From positions 19,344,001 through 19,408,000 of the forward strand of contig OZ260663.1 in NCBI GenBank assembly GCA_965285935.1: a DNA stretch of 64,000 nt. Reading direction: 5' to 3'. The DNA comes from Ophelia neglecta. Lineage: Eukaryota. The notes beneath the pieces are model-generated. The model was not told the DNA's origin, did not search any database, and saw nothing but the letters and a program-made list of their open reading frames with translations. Position 1 is the first letter of the stretch, and every line of letters begins with the position of its first letter. The position numbers and the translations under genes are program-made. Positions 24,663 to 39,200 of the stretch are shown in pieces.

Positions 24663-26548
24663 CTTACAGCGAAATATTGACCATTGACTATCGTTCGTTA
24701 CTGTAACTTAGAAACTGTAGGCGGCAGGGAATTTTCCGATTTTAGTGATTGCTGTATTTTCTGCGGAGCTAAGATCAACGATTTAGAAGATCCACTCCTT
24801 GACTTTATAAAGTGATGCTGATCTGTGTACAATAAGTGTGTCAATGAAGGCCCAATTCCAAACTTGCAAACTTATTCTGTTGCGAAAAATATTCTGGTTT
24901 ACAATATATATACCTTGTATGTGTAAAGTGCTGAGTCAGCCTGATCAAACTTTTAAAAATGGATATTTCGTATCATGATGGTGATCAGTAGGCCTATTGT
25001 GGATATGTTTAGGGAAACATACAAGGGCAATATATCGTGAATGTTGTAAATATGTAATTCCTCTGATAGTTCATATGAACTCCTTCTTTGAAAAAGTGGG
25101 GGGATATGTATTGGGTCATGATCTACGAAACACCGCTGCCACCATTTGTTTTGGCTTTAGCTTAGCAGCTGTTAGGCTGTCAGTTACCATATTCCAAAGC
25201 AGACTATATAGGTTTGGGAATTTGTTTGAGACAGCTGGCGCCACTGTAGTGCCCGTACTACCTCCTTTTGCAGCAATATAGTGACAAAGGCTCGTCAACA
25301 AACTGGCCAAAAAGTATTGGAGCGGAAACTCACAGGGAGGAAGCATTAACATGAACTGCTTAACATTGACTGAATCTGAATATATTGAGTTGCCACAGAA
25401 ATAGGCAATAAAAAAAAGCTCAGCAAAAAAGTTCAAACATTTTATTGCCTTTTCTTGCTATTTCAGGCAAATCAAGTGTTTTTTTGCAAAACAAAATTTT
25501 TGGTGGGGGGGAGGGGGGAGAGGGTGGGTTTTTAAACTGCATATCCTATAAACAGTATAAGTATATTTTGACTGGAATTATTCTTATTGCTGGAATTTGA
25601 AATAGGTATCTGAAATATCATAGGAATTACAGGAAATACTTGAACTAAAACAACCAAATAGGTTTCAACATTTAGCTATTTCATATATTCATTGGCCCTT
25701 TTGTTGTGTCAGATATTATGATTGCTTGGCTTTAGTTCCCTATTTTAACACTAGGGTCATGACAAGAATAATTTGATAAAGTCATGACCTCTTAATTGTG
25801 TATACACCATGCACAAGATACGGACTGTATGACTTTCTATTGAAAACTCAAAGAGCATTTCAAAAGTTGCCTACCCTAATCTATTAAGAAAATTGGTACT
25901 GGTGATTTCAAACATCTCCTGTTGCAGATTTTAATACAGACTTGTTTATATCTTTAGTTTTCCATAGATGTTTTAAGAATTCAAAACCAAAAGTAAGGAC
26001 TGTCAATGGGGACATTTTTATTTGTACTCTTTATTAAGCTATGTAGAAAAAAACTGACAGATAAGGTTGACAGTATCTAAGATTGGGGAGTTTAACAAAA
26101 CCTGCTCATATTCACCCTCAATTTTTTTGTTAATAATTGGTATTATTAAGATTTATTAAACTAACTAATAAACAAAGTCTACTCTTAGCTATAGTTGTAG
26201 AGAATCTTATAATAAAGATTTTGTTGATTTCTTGCTGTGTCTTGTCTTGGTTCTGTACTACGACAGGCATATATGTGTTCCAATAGGGAGGAGTACGGAC
26301 TGTAATAGGGTCCAATACGGGAGGTGTAGCAACAGATATTTTAGGAGGAGTAATGACTGTAATGGGGTTGAATATGAAGCCATAATATTTCATATACCCT
26401 GAGTTACCCCACAAAGATAATATTTGCAAATTCATGGAGTCACATTCCTTTATTGCCTCTATACAGAATTAAAGTACCTATCTCCTTTTTCTTAAGCCTT
26501 CCTTTTTACTAGCATAATACCGGTAGAACCTAAACCCCGGAGGTAATT

Positions 26549-26652
26549 CGGCGGAGCTATGCACTTATATGTATAAGCTCCGCCGGCCGCGGAGCTATGC
26601 ACTTACATGTATAAGCACGATCTCGCGGAGCTATGCACTTACATGTATAAGG
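26549..26652. repeat. Three copies of GCGGAGCTATGCACTTA(C/T)ATGTATAAG
   Basis: Direct repeats about 36-38 bp apart upstream of ACOT13; probably the subterminal array of an unclassified element. Confidence 0.75.
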
Positions 26653-27274
26653 ATTTTGAAAGCGCAGAGGTCGCGGAGGTAGACTTGAAAACACATATGA
26701 TATGCCGGGATTTTAAGCAAATTTTCACTTCTTTGCGGGTTCAGCTTTTGGATTCTTTTTGCATGCCTGATAAATTTATAATTAACATATAACATTTCAG
26801 AATAAAAACTGCTCCCTAGTAAACTTTAAGCAGCCAATGAGGTGTTATATTACAAAGGTCGAAAAACGTCAGAGACACCATATTATTGACAGCCGGCTGA
26901 CGTAGTGTTTTTATGGTTTCTTGTGTCTATTCGTTTATAATTTTCATTATGTATGCCATTGAAATGGACGTAATGGTATACTATTTAATTATGCATAATA
27001 GTATGCCATTGAATTGTGCTTAAATAAATTAGGAAACAAAACAGTTAATTGACCCTTTGTGGTTAAAAGACATTTACCATTTTTATTTTTAACAAAATGA
27101 AAATAAAAGGTAAAAATACTAGACAAAAAAAAAATTCAGAAAATCAAATCCTTCATCATTTTTCATTGTTTGTAGGATGTTTTGAGTAGTGCGATTTTTC
27201 ACATATACTACACTACTCACATTGACCACTACTTAGGAAACTCCAATAACGATCTTCTTGTGGTTGATTCAAAA

Positions 27275-30200
27275 ATGGCATCAAAAAGCACACAGATTAT
27301 CCGACAGGTTTTCCAGATGCTTGCTAAAGGAGCAGGGTATGACAGGGTCATGTCACAGGTAGGAAAGAACGGCGGCTACACATGTCAACGTGGCTTTCCT
27401 TTTCTGATTTTTTTTGCAAATGTAAAACACGTTGATTTATCTTGCAAAGTTTGATGGGCGATAAATCAGTTGTGTCCTTGGAAATGTTTGCTTTTCCAAG
27501 AAGTAGTATGGTTGAATGTCAAAGGTTACTAGTATTCCTATAGAATCATATTATACTAGCTGCAAACGCGTGCAAACGGGGTTATCCTTCAAACAAATGA
27601 ATGACACCACTGTCCCCACTCTTTCTCCCCCTCCCTCCCTCTCCAACTCCCTTCCCTTCCACTCTTGCCGCCCCCCCCCCGCTCCTGCCCCCCTTCCTTC
27701 CACTCCTGTTGCCCCTCCTTTCCCTACCACTCCTGCCCCCTGGGACCACTCCCTCCCAATCTTACAACCTCTCCACTCCCTCCAGCTACAGGATTTAAGC
27801 AAAATTGGGCAGAAAATAGTAAACTTTGTGCATGGGTTCACAGCTGCAATTCCAACCCATACATTTCCTTCATTGTATGCCAAATAAGCCAAATTGATGC
27901 ACACCCCAGATAGCATACTGCTGGTGGCCCACCGTCGGCCCACCGTCGGCTGCGTCGGTGGCCCACCGTCGGTTGCCGATGGTGGGCCGACGGTGGTATG
28001 ACCAGCTGACCACCGTCGGGCCAGCGTCGGCATGCCGCCGGTGGTGGGCCGACAGTGGGCCATCGGCGGCCAATATAGATTCTATTTATTTCATATTTGA
28101 TATACTTTAATTGGCTTGGAACATAAAAAATGCGGCTACAACATATTTTAGTTTACATTCTTTTTATTCATGGTATGTCTATATTACAAGCCCAAGCCTG
28201 TGACGTTTTAACTTTTAAGCATCACTATCCAGATCACTGGAGGAGACAAATACACTGGACCACCTGTCAGCAGTTGGGGGCTCCTGGATGTCCTGGGCTG
28301 AAATTAAACATAAATAATTAGACATAATATCATGCAGGCCAATAGATCTAATTATAGTAGCCTACATTCACATACAGGGGCAAGGGCGGGGGGGGGGGGG
28401 GGCCTAAAATTCACAATTTGGTCAGACTTGTATTTATCAATATGAAAACTAAAATGGGGTAGAACCTTTACTGTAAAACCATGCAAGATTAATTTCGGGA
28501 GCCCTATAGTCTATTTCAGGGTTAAACCGAAAAATTAAAGGGCTTGTGGAAATTAAGTTACTGGGAGAAACTAGACTAGTATTGTCGGAAACTCTACAGC
28601 ATGAAATTAAAAGGTAGCCACTTAAGCATAGCATTGGTATCAATTTCTATTCTACTACATTTTGCAAATTTAAGTCTACTTTTGTTTTTACCCTGATCGC
28701 GATATTCGCGAAATAAAGGGCTCGCGAAAATTAAGGGTTTTACAGTAGCAGAAAATGAAAATGATATAAATTCATAAGTCACAATGCAAGATTATTTTTT
28801 GCAGTCTGTTGTAGGACTGCCTCTGTTTACTTCTGATTCCCACACTACTACATTTTTGCACATCAGAGATAATTTTGTGAGTCAAAGGACTCGGGACTCA
28901 GGGGGAAATGACATGCCACTTTTTCCATCAGATGGTGCTATATTTTTATAAGAAAACACATGCTATGTTTAAGCTGTAAATCAATGGCCTTCGATGGAAT
29001 GTTATCAAAAATAGTCAAATTTAATGAATAGCATAGAGGACGTTTTTTCTTTAAAATCTGTCATGAATGTGAGTCAGGCCTTTTCTCATGTAAATGTTTC
29101 AAATCCTACGCATAACGTAGAAACTGTTTACCTTTCTTTTTATCTGCACGCTTCTTCCGCCCACCCTCACGGTCACACGAATTTTTCAGCCACAGCCTAA
29201 TCCCCACCTCCATCTCGGACTCTGATACTTTGCTCGCTTTCCCAGCATCTATATAAATATAATAGGTAAACATTGATTATTTTAGCGATCAATAACAAAA
29301 TTCATGTTACATTTATGATGGCCATATCACTTGTACATATTACAATTAATAATAATAATAATAGTAATAATAATAATCAGGATAATATAATAATAATCAG
29401 GCTAATATACAATATATAATAATATACAATAATAATATTGATGATAGTTACACATGATGATACCAGTTCAGCAAATTACCATATAAAGATTCCAATTGAA
29501 GATTTATCTTTAGGCCTATAAGAAGTCGCAGTATTGATTTTAACAAAAATATTGACTTATATTAGGAGTAGAAATGTCACCAGGAAAACCCCCATTAAAG
29601 ATGCATCACTAAAAGTTGTAATCGTGATACACTTTCAAGCAACACTCTTGTTTGATTGGCCTTTTAAACTGTTAAAATAAACATGTAATAAAATTATTGT
29701 CATTTAGTACGTCAATTGTCAAGTACGGAGTTGTTATAGCTTGATTGAATTTACAAACACAACGACGCCGGCAGCGCGGGATCACAGTCTCTCGTCTGCC
29801 GGAAAGTGCATTTAAAATGTGTATTGGGAACTCCCCTTCAATACGCCACCATGACGTTTCCAAAGGCCACGTATTAATTTGCAAGCTAATTAAGTCAGCA
29901 CCATAGAAAGAGGGAGGTGAGATAAGATGTAGAGGAGAGTGTTAAGATACAAACAAGACAGTGCCAGAGTACAGACCATAGTCATAATGGGATTGTCCTA
30001 CCTTTAATCGCTGTTGCCAGCAGTAAGTTTCCCAGCCCCCTCTTAGGTGGCTTTCCTGCCCAGTTAAACTGACTGGCTAGGTTATTCGTCAGGACTACAC
30101 TCATAATCCTCGCCACCACCTCCTTGGTGGAAAATCCGCCGAGACTGGAGAGGTGTCTGACCTGACAAAATATATGTATTTAAAAAAAGTGAATACCCCT

Positions 30201-33200
30201 GTAGCTTTTATATTAGAGCCCTAAAATAAATTGGCCATACATTGAAAATATCTCTCTTATTTGATAAATTTTATTTTTCAGCATTCAGAAAATGGAAAAA
30301 CTGTATCCAATTAATATAAGCATGTAGATCAACATATATCAGAGATGAAATCTTTTCATGTTGACTGAATATTAATTGTAGTACATGCTATAGTCTCATT
30401 TTCAATGTATCAGAAACATGTACCTTGACACTAGGAACAGAAGTAAACCGATACTAATCTTACATATTTCTGTGTGGAGGTGGATTATTATTAATATACT
30501 AAGTCTTAACTTACAAGAGTCCTTGCTTTGGCCTTCTCCTTCAGCATGACTTCGACTTCATCCACATCTTTCATCTTCTTTAGTGGCATGTTAAAGTCTT
30601 CCACATTAGCTTCCTCACTTAAGTTTAGGTTCTGTTTTTCAGCAATTTTTTTTAACATTGTTGAATTGTTCCTCAACATGCCCCTTAGCTGTTCCAACAA
30701 GGTGAACAGCTTTCGGTCTCTGAAAATATACATTCATGTATAAAAGACAAGAAAAGAGAAGCCTCAACTCTGAATTTGGCAGGTCTTGCTTTTGTCCCTT
30801 ATAGAGAAAAGAAACCTAGACCTAACTATATTGCAAAATAATGATGTTTCACTCTATTTGACCAATCCTGTTCTCTTACCTTCACAGGTTGTTTAATAAT
30901 GTACCACTATTTAGAAGTAGTGTGGAATAAATCATAATAATAATGATATAACTTTTGATGGGACATATCATACTGTATTCAATGCCCTTAATATTCATGG
31001 TTTTGACACTCAACTTATTTTGCAGCCCTTCAATTTAGCATTTTAGAGTTTCTGAAGATAGTTTCTGAAAGGCCTCAAATTTTCCCGAGCCATGTTGTGC
31101 GGTTTTTACCCTTCTCGCAAAATTCATGAAATAAAGGTATTTTACAGTAATTGGCACCATATATTCAATTAATTAAAACTGAAAATGAATATATTAAAAA
31201 ATAAAATTTGAAAGATAAGAGACAAAAATTACACATGGTGCTTTTCTTCCAAATTTAAAACCATTGCTACAATATATATACAAAAATAAAATAATTATTA
31301 ATACAAAAATTTCATTTATAGTGTACAAGCACCTTTCAGCAGCAGCCAGTGGACTTTGTAATGTAGGTGTGTCTGTGTCATCCAGTTGCTGGTGGAAGCT
31401 GTCACTGCAATATAATTGGGTCTACATGTATTATTCTTTATTAAAGAATATTTGGGTAAGGGAGGTGTACAAGATGAGAGTTGTCCATACCACAATATTT
31501 TGCTTTACTATTATTAATAAGTATTTAAAAAATTATATCCATGTATGTCCAGTGTACATGTAATGAAATGATATTCACCTTGTTCGGACTGGCAATGGCA
31601 TGATAGCAGGGGCATCGGGCACATTGCGGATCGTGGTTTTTTTCTTTTTCTTGGGTTCATTTTCTTCATCAGCATCGCTGTAATGTGAAGGTGATTCAAT
31701 ATGAAAAAACCTGTCTGGTGTTAGTACACAATTTAGCATCAACACATTTTAGTATAAAAATATGTCTATTGGCAGCATGTACATGTAGGCCCCCTATGTC
31801 ATATTAAAATATATAAGCCACTGATGATATCATTAATTAGCCCAGGCGGTGCTTACCTGTGGTTGAACCTGAGAAATCCAAGAAAAGGAAAACTAGGAAC
31901 TTTGGTTAGCATCTGTACAAGCCTAACTACATGAATTTCCAAAATTTGCTCTTAACAATTAAGCACACAATGTGTCTGCTGGCAGCCTGAATTTTTGACA
32001 ACAATGTGTTGAAACTAGTCTAGCGTGTTTTACGGGGTATGCACATTTTACATTTTTGCTGTTTTCAGAGATTTACACTAACTATTGCCCGACGTCCCCG
32101 GGCTCCTCAAATCTGCTTGAGGGCACAAAGGTTTTAGTTACTAACTTCCCGCCGGGCAACCTGCTAAAATTCCCCAAATCGCCGATTGTTGGATATCTTG
32201 TATGTTTTATATGTACAAATATTTTTGGGACACTAAGCCTATGATGCGGGCAAGTAGTTTCCTGGTGCTACTTGCCCTCAGGGCAAGTGCTGAGAAAAAT
32301 TAGTGTAGACCCCTGGGGGGTCCTTCTTGACAGGTCATTCTTAGGAGTGCTGTAATTAGTGGTTATGTTGGATAAGCCCTATAGCTTACTGACAGGTATT
32401 GTGCAGGCTAGCTTAATTAGGAAACCAGTGTTAGGCTCTTTGGATAACACTATCTGACATACTTAATCTTTTACTCCTCCAATGTACAAGATTTTATTTG
32501 CTCGAATGTAAATATTAATAAGTATTTAAAAAATTATATCCATGTATGTCCAGTGTACATGTAATGAAATGATATTCACCTTGTTCGGACTGGCAATGGC
32601 ATGATAGCAGGGGCATCGGGCACATTGCGGATCGTGGTTTTTTTCTTTTTCTTGGGTTCATTTTCTTCATCAGCATCGCTGTAATGTGAAGGTGATTCAA
32701 TATGAAAAAACCTGTCTGGTGTTAGTACACAATTTAGCATCAACACATTTTAGTATAAAAATATGTCTATTTGCAGCATGTACATGTATGCCATATTAAA
32801 ATATATAAGCCACTGATGATATCACTGAATCCAAATGGGGAAATAGTTCCCCTAAATATTCAATTAAGTAGTGAAATAGTTCACTTAACAATTTCGGAAA
32901 CTTTTGAAGTCAATGATAAAGGACGACTAGTAGCCAAATTATGTAGCAATTATTACTCAGTACTGACTTGTCAGACTCTCCTCTTTCAGGCAAACTATAT
33001 GCTTCACTGGTGTATTTCTTGTTAGGATGCCTGACTCTGTGAAAAATCAAGATTAATATCACGAGTTTAATGTATGTACAGAGACTCAGAAAGAGATGTA
33101 AGCTATGTAATACTAATGTATATAAAACTTTGAGTGCAAAGAGAAAAGTGTCGCTCACCTCTTTTTACAACAATCCACATCTGTGGTGTCTAAATCCGTG

Positions 33201-36200
33201 GACAAGTGTTCTAATGCCTTGTTACACTTTCTCCTGGCTTTGGCATAATCCTCTGAACAACATGAAATTATAACACTTACAATGACAGTGCAAGGAAAAG
33301 TATCTAGCATTATTGGAAGACAACGACTAACAACTGTAAAATATTGTATCCAATACAATTTGCACTGGGATTGAAAATCTTCAGTAGCAGCTAAGAGAAA
33401 GACAATACTGCAGGTCTTGCAGTATACAGTACAGCTGACCAAATTACCACTGAATTTGAATTGGAAACGTTTGAAAGTCATTATAATTCCTATTAAATTA
33501 TAGAATTAGGTGAAATGGCTAGGGCTTGACTTCAGACTATGTTTGTAAGGTTTCAACTCCTTTATCTGTCAACTGTACCCAAATCATTCGCATTTGAAGG
33601 CAGGTAATCAGCTGGGGGGCAAGCCAGTCACATAAATACATGTATATATACTATATGTCAGACTAACAAAATGCTATTCCTCAAAATCTATGTCTGTGGC
33701 AGGCTTTTATATCTAGGGAAGTTTATAAATGAGGATTCACTTTGGTGTGACCCCCAAGACTTGACGGCCTAAAGGCCAGTCTCTAAAATCAAGCCCTGCA
33801 TGACTCTGTGTTATATATTTGACAATGTTGTAAAAATTAAATTCTTAACAAGGAACTTCTTTAATATGCAGAATTTTCAGGAGTTCCGGCAAAAAATAAA
33901 AATTTCACAATTATCAGACTGGTCTCCTACAAAACAAATTCTCCAAACATACAAACTGGCTTCAAAATGAAAATGCGAATAATGTGTTCAGGAAAAATCT
34001 TCCACCCTTAACATATTTTATAGATATACAGCATTTAGAATTATTTTTTAGTAAGTCCACAATATTATCAATAACATCATGCCACTTACCTAATTCTCTC
34101 ACAATCTGAACTGGACTGAACACAGGCCAATTTCTTTCTGGTGGAAACTTATTTTCTATGGCCTTCGAAAGTGAGGCACCCTTGAGATGGGCCGGCCAAC
34201 TGCACTCTGACTCAGTGCCTCTCACGGATATCCATGAGGTTGGCACAACCTCCAACTCATCGGTTGATATGAACAGTACTATAGCATACATACATATGCT
34301 GGTAGTATTTCACCTGTAACAGATCCATAGACATCAGTGAGATACAGTAAGGTATACAAATCAACCATGCATACACAATTGAGGTGCAAGTTCTTATAAA
34401 GATTATATATATGCCGATAATTGATCAGGGTTTTCCCCATATAAGATAGTTTGGAGGGGAAGAAAAACTAATAGATGAATAACGCAAGTGGTAGAAGTTG
34501 TGCAAGGACACTGTGGCACGCCTTGCAGCTGGGGGTTTGGGGGGGGGTGCTGTAAGCCCCCAAGAGAAAATTTTGTATTTTAGTGCTGTATGAGACCCTT
34601 GTTATGGATAAGTTGAGCACCATTTCAATTATTTTAGTAAGGGGTTTGAAGAGGACATGAATTGCTTGTGTGACGTCCTTTATGAATAGGCCCTTAGACC
34701 TACAAGGGATGCTAATTATATAGTAGTATATTACTTGGCATCTAATTCAACTAAGCACTTTTGGTTATCAGGATTCAATTTTCAAGATATCTGAAACTAT
34801 TGTCGGGAAAAACACCTGCCGCAAATCAATTTTGTACTCTAGTAATAGACCTTCTCAACCTGTACACATCATCAATAACTACTAGTTATATACATGTAAT
34901 AACACTTTTTAGTGCAAATATAGCTGCCCTAGAGTTCCGCAATAACCTTCAGGTATTCTCCATAATACATGTTGCAGTTTTGAGTTTTCGTACAATGTAT
35001 GTACATGTATGTATAAGGAACAGCTGTGGCATCTGTAAGCTACCACAGGTGAAAGCTATAGCTAAAATATACTCTTGTCTCTTTGAGTGATATTGAAGCA
35101 GTGTATACTATATTTTTCTCACATCAGAGACTGTCTATATACATACATGTACATGTATATTAGTCATTTGACCCTTCGTTTTTAAACACTAACTTCCATC
35201 ATACCGTTATGTGTTGGTAAATATTAGCGTTTCATGTAAAAAATTTAATAGGGCCAGTCGGAGATGTTTCATACTGCTGCCCAACAACCGGTCAAAGCTG
35301 AAGCTCACTTCCAAAGCTGATTGCAGAGAAGGCAGTTGTCAGACTTGGGTTAGTGCATGGGGCTACTTCAGCTGTGCATATATGAATTTAACATTAGAAT
35401 AATGTTTTAAAAGCCCTTCCTTAGCGCATGTTAAAATAATTCAAACCAACTTATCAGGATTTTAGAGGGCTTTCCGTTCAGGTAAATTTCATATTTGTAT
35501 CAGTGTGATAGCTACAACTTTCACCATGAACATGGAACCGCTGCAAATCTATACATTCAACTGCAGACTATTGGTATGCAGCCACCAGTGCTGACACCTC
35601 CGTGCTAGCAGGCTGAACTAGGATTAGGACATAATTTATCATCTCCGACTGCCTCTTGCTTGAATGTAAATATTATTGAGTTCGAATCCCAGCTGAGGCA
35701 TAAAACTTTAATAAAAGTAGGTTGGTATAACATACAGTACTACACAAACTTCTGTAATTAAAGTGAAAAAACAATGCCGCTTGCTATCAATATATCTCTG
35801 CAGATGACGATCTAGTAGGTTAAACATGCAATACAACATCTTGCCGGAATGTACAATTACTAGTAGTACATCAATTAGAGCATTGGAATAGATACATACT
35901 TCTCATTAAATGGAAGTAAAACAACCTTTGTTACTATCTCACACACATCTATAGTTTCCAGGTGTTCAGAGAGATCACTGACCATAGATACATTTATCTT
36001 CAAAGAGTCAAATGGATAAGTAAAGTATGATTCTCTCCTGCGGAATTTCTTACAGACACATTGCCTTGAAGTACCAAGACACAAGATATTTTTTATGATG
36101 TATGTTTTGTCACCAATAAGAATTGCATTATCAGGCTTTTTTACTGATAAAAAGAAATGTGGGGTGTGAATTTGTTCATACTGTGTGCATAATCCAACAT

Positions 36201-39200
36201 TGAGCGGAAGGGGGCCATAATGGTGCTTCTTCTTGCAGTATGTTACACTTTCTTTGGCAGGAGGAGTCAGTTGCATTCTTTCTGCCAGTCGTCGTATGAC
36301 TTGTGGAAGTGGGTGTTTAGGTTTTCTGACCATCTTTTTTATTATCTGAAGATAATTTTCAAATGGAAATGCAGAGAAATTGTGCAGTGGTCCAAATCTG
36401 CTTGCCTGTTCTGCAATGTGAGTCAAAGCATGTACATTATATACAATCATCTCTGGGCCATATACAGCTCCAAAATGCTCAACAAAGGAGCAAAGCAGCC
36501 CTTCAACATAGTCACAATATTCCCCACACAAACTGACACTACAGAGTATGGTTACACTAACATATAACATCATGAAATTCTTATATAAAACATCTGTGAG
36601 TTTCCCCCTAAGAACAACGGGTCCAGTATACAGTAGAAATGTTCTGAACTCGGTTGCTTTCCATCGTTCAAGTTCATCCAATCTGCGTCCTTTCCGTCCA
36701 AATTCCCTTGGCAGATAAGACTGGAGGATCATGATAGAATCTGATATGGATCTAATGACATTACTACCCATACGCACAGGTAGAGGTCCTACTCCCATCC
36801 AAAGGCCTATCATTTTTTTCATAACACCAAGACAAATAAGGTGCATATAGTCTAATGGAAATTTAGAGACCATGCCAATGTTCAGTTGCCTCAAATTACT
36901 CTCTCCACGATGATGTTCTTCACATGTCATTTCATCAAAGGCTACATCCGTCCTCAGGGTAGCGTCCGTCTCCGGGAATGTCATTCTGTGCATATAGTAA
37001 ACACCACGTTGTTCACAGAAATCACATCCTTGAAATCCAGTATGTCCTTTAGTGATTTTCACAAATGAACGTGCAGGCGTATCACAAATAAAATTCTCAA
37101 TTGTGATCAAATATGCCTTGTCATTGAATGTTATGCCATCAGCAAATACACTATCCATTTCTTCAATAAAGTTTTTTAGATAGGCATTTGCATCGGTTGG
37201 TTTTGAAGTTCCAACCCACAAGCCAATCACAAAAGGTTCAGGATCATGTTCCTCACAAATCATGCCTAAGATTGGCCAGAAGCAGCGGGTGCTGCTTTTG
37301 AAAAGTGGAAGTCCATCAATATTGGTTTGTAGTGACAGGTTCTCATGTCCGCAAAGGTAAGCACATTTTGTAAGTCGGACCTTGATTCCTTCTTCAATGC
37401 CAAAGTGATGATACTGCCCACCTGCCACATCTTCAATAATATAATTACACTGTGTGTGCAACAGTGTACGGCCATCCTTGGGTAATGAAGGGAAATGCGG
37501 CCTGAGTAGGGCTAGCAAACTGTTGGTGTGAGCTAGTGGTGTACCACTATGGAGGACCCAATCCCTTAGCTGGTCTCTAAATTTCAATTGCCCATTATCA
37601 TCATCAGAATCATCAGAATCACTAGAACTGTCTCTGTCGGAGTCCTCAGCCCCATCACTCAGAAAAATAAAATCATCAGACTGATAATCCATATCGTCAG
37701 TAGAAGAATCCTCAGTTGCTGCTTCGCGAGAACTTGTTTCAGGTACAGTTGGTGTATCACTATCATACTGAATGGAGTCAGTGTCCTCCCCTGTATCATG
37801 TACATGTATATCCTCATTCAACTGAAGCCTACTGGTAACATCAGAAAGTATCTCTCCAGCTCTTGTTGCAGCGTGCCTGCGAATAGTTCTGTCAGAGAGG
37901 ATCTCATTATCTCCACCTGTGGCAAACATTTTGGAGCACTGTAAAAAACGTGAGTGGATTCAGGTACAGGACAATTTCTGGCCAAGCAGCATCTGACAAT
38001 TTAGGATGATTTTTTTTTTCTGAGTGATGGGGATAAGGTCTTCAAAGGTGCGAGTGACTCTGATGATCCTTAAGATGATAGTCATTGGTGCCAGGTGGTC
38101 AATCAGAATTTAGAGACCAGCTAAGGGATTTTATAAAGGAAAGAAAGCCCCAAGATACTATGATGGGAGCTGAAATAGTTTCCAAAAAAATTATAATACA
38201 TCATCCTGGAGAAAGTAATTTGAGGCAACTGAACACTGAAAGGGAAATTTAAATAGTCCTACTATGATCTATAGTCATATATATATTAGAATCCTTTTCA
38301 CATATCAACAGCTGTCAACCTGTTGAGAACTTTATTAAAGTATCATGAAATGAAAAGAATGCACCTTGTACTTGGTTGATGTGGAAAGTATTAGCCCTGA
38401 CAACATTGTATTAGCCAATAATTGAAGACTGTTTTTGCCATTGTATTAGCCAATAATTGAAGACTGTTTTTGCCATGTTCACATACATGTATACATTTGT
38501 TTTAATTGGCCCTTTACATTGAGCATTGTGTAACTGTAAAGGGCCTGAATTGTTGCTTTATTTGTGGCAAAATGCATCCACTTTAATTTTTACCACTAAT
38601 ATTGAGGACATTTTATTGGTAATAATCTGTCAAATGTTGTTAGCCATCAGGGCTGCCTGTGTCTGGCATCATTTACTCACCTTTGTAATTTCTCCAGTAC
38701 AAAAATCATAGAGGTTAGGGGCGAGTCTGGGTTTTTACAAGGGGGGGGGGGATTAACAGGTGTCTGTGTGACCATGGCAGGGGCGTCCTCGAGCCAATGT
38801 ACATGTACATGTAGGTGGCCGAGGGGGGGGGGATTAAACCCCTGATATTTACCATTTCATTCTGACATGTATGTGTACTGCTTTAAATAACGTTGATTCC
38901 AAATTAAAAGAAAGCCCGGTAATACAACATTTTTGTTAATGTAAGCACATCAGGCTCCCATTCTGGAAGTTTTTAATTTAAATGTATACTTTAATTCTTT
39001 CACCGTGGATATTTCCACGGGCTGTTGCTAGTATTAAGGAGACTATTTGAAGCCAGTATTCAAACCCCGTGCGGCAGGTCGCCAACAAACGCCAAACATT
39101 CAACAGGCCAATCCTACCTATAAAACCTGCTATTAAACTCAGCTAACTGAAGGAAAATGTGCTTTGTTTTCAAGTTAAAATTTGCTATATTGCTGACTGA

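Noticed and set aside
24997-25436. Overlapping 94-aa and 106-aa ORFs downstream of NAXE
   Set aside because: No recognisable motif or splice context; likely 3' UTR or intergenic sequence.
27516-28073. Pro/Gly-rich ORFs, and similar ones at 39595-40096
   Set aside because: They come from C-rich low-complexity tracts and transposon subterminal repeats and cross the element boundary.
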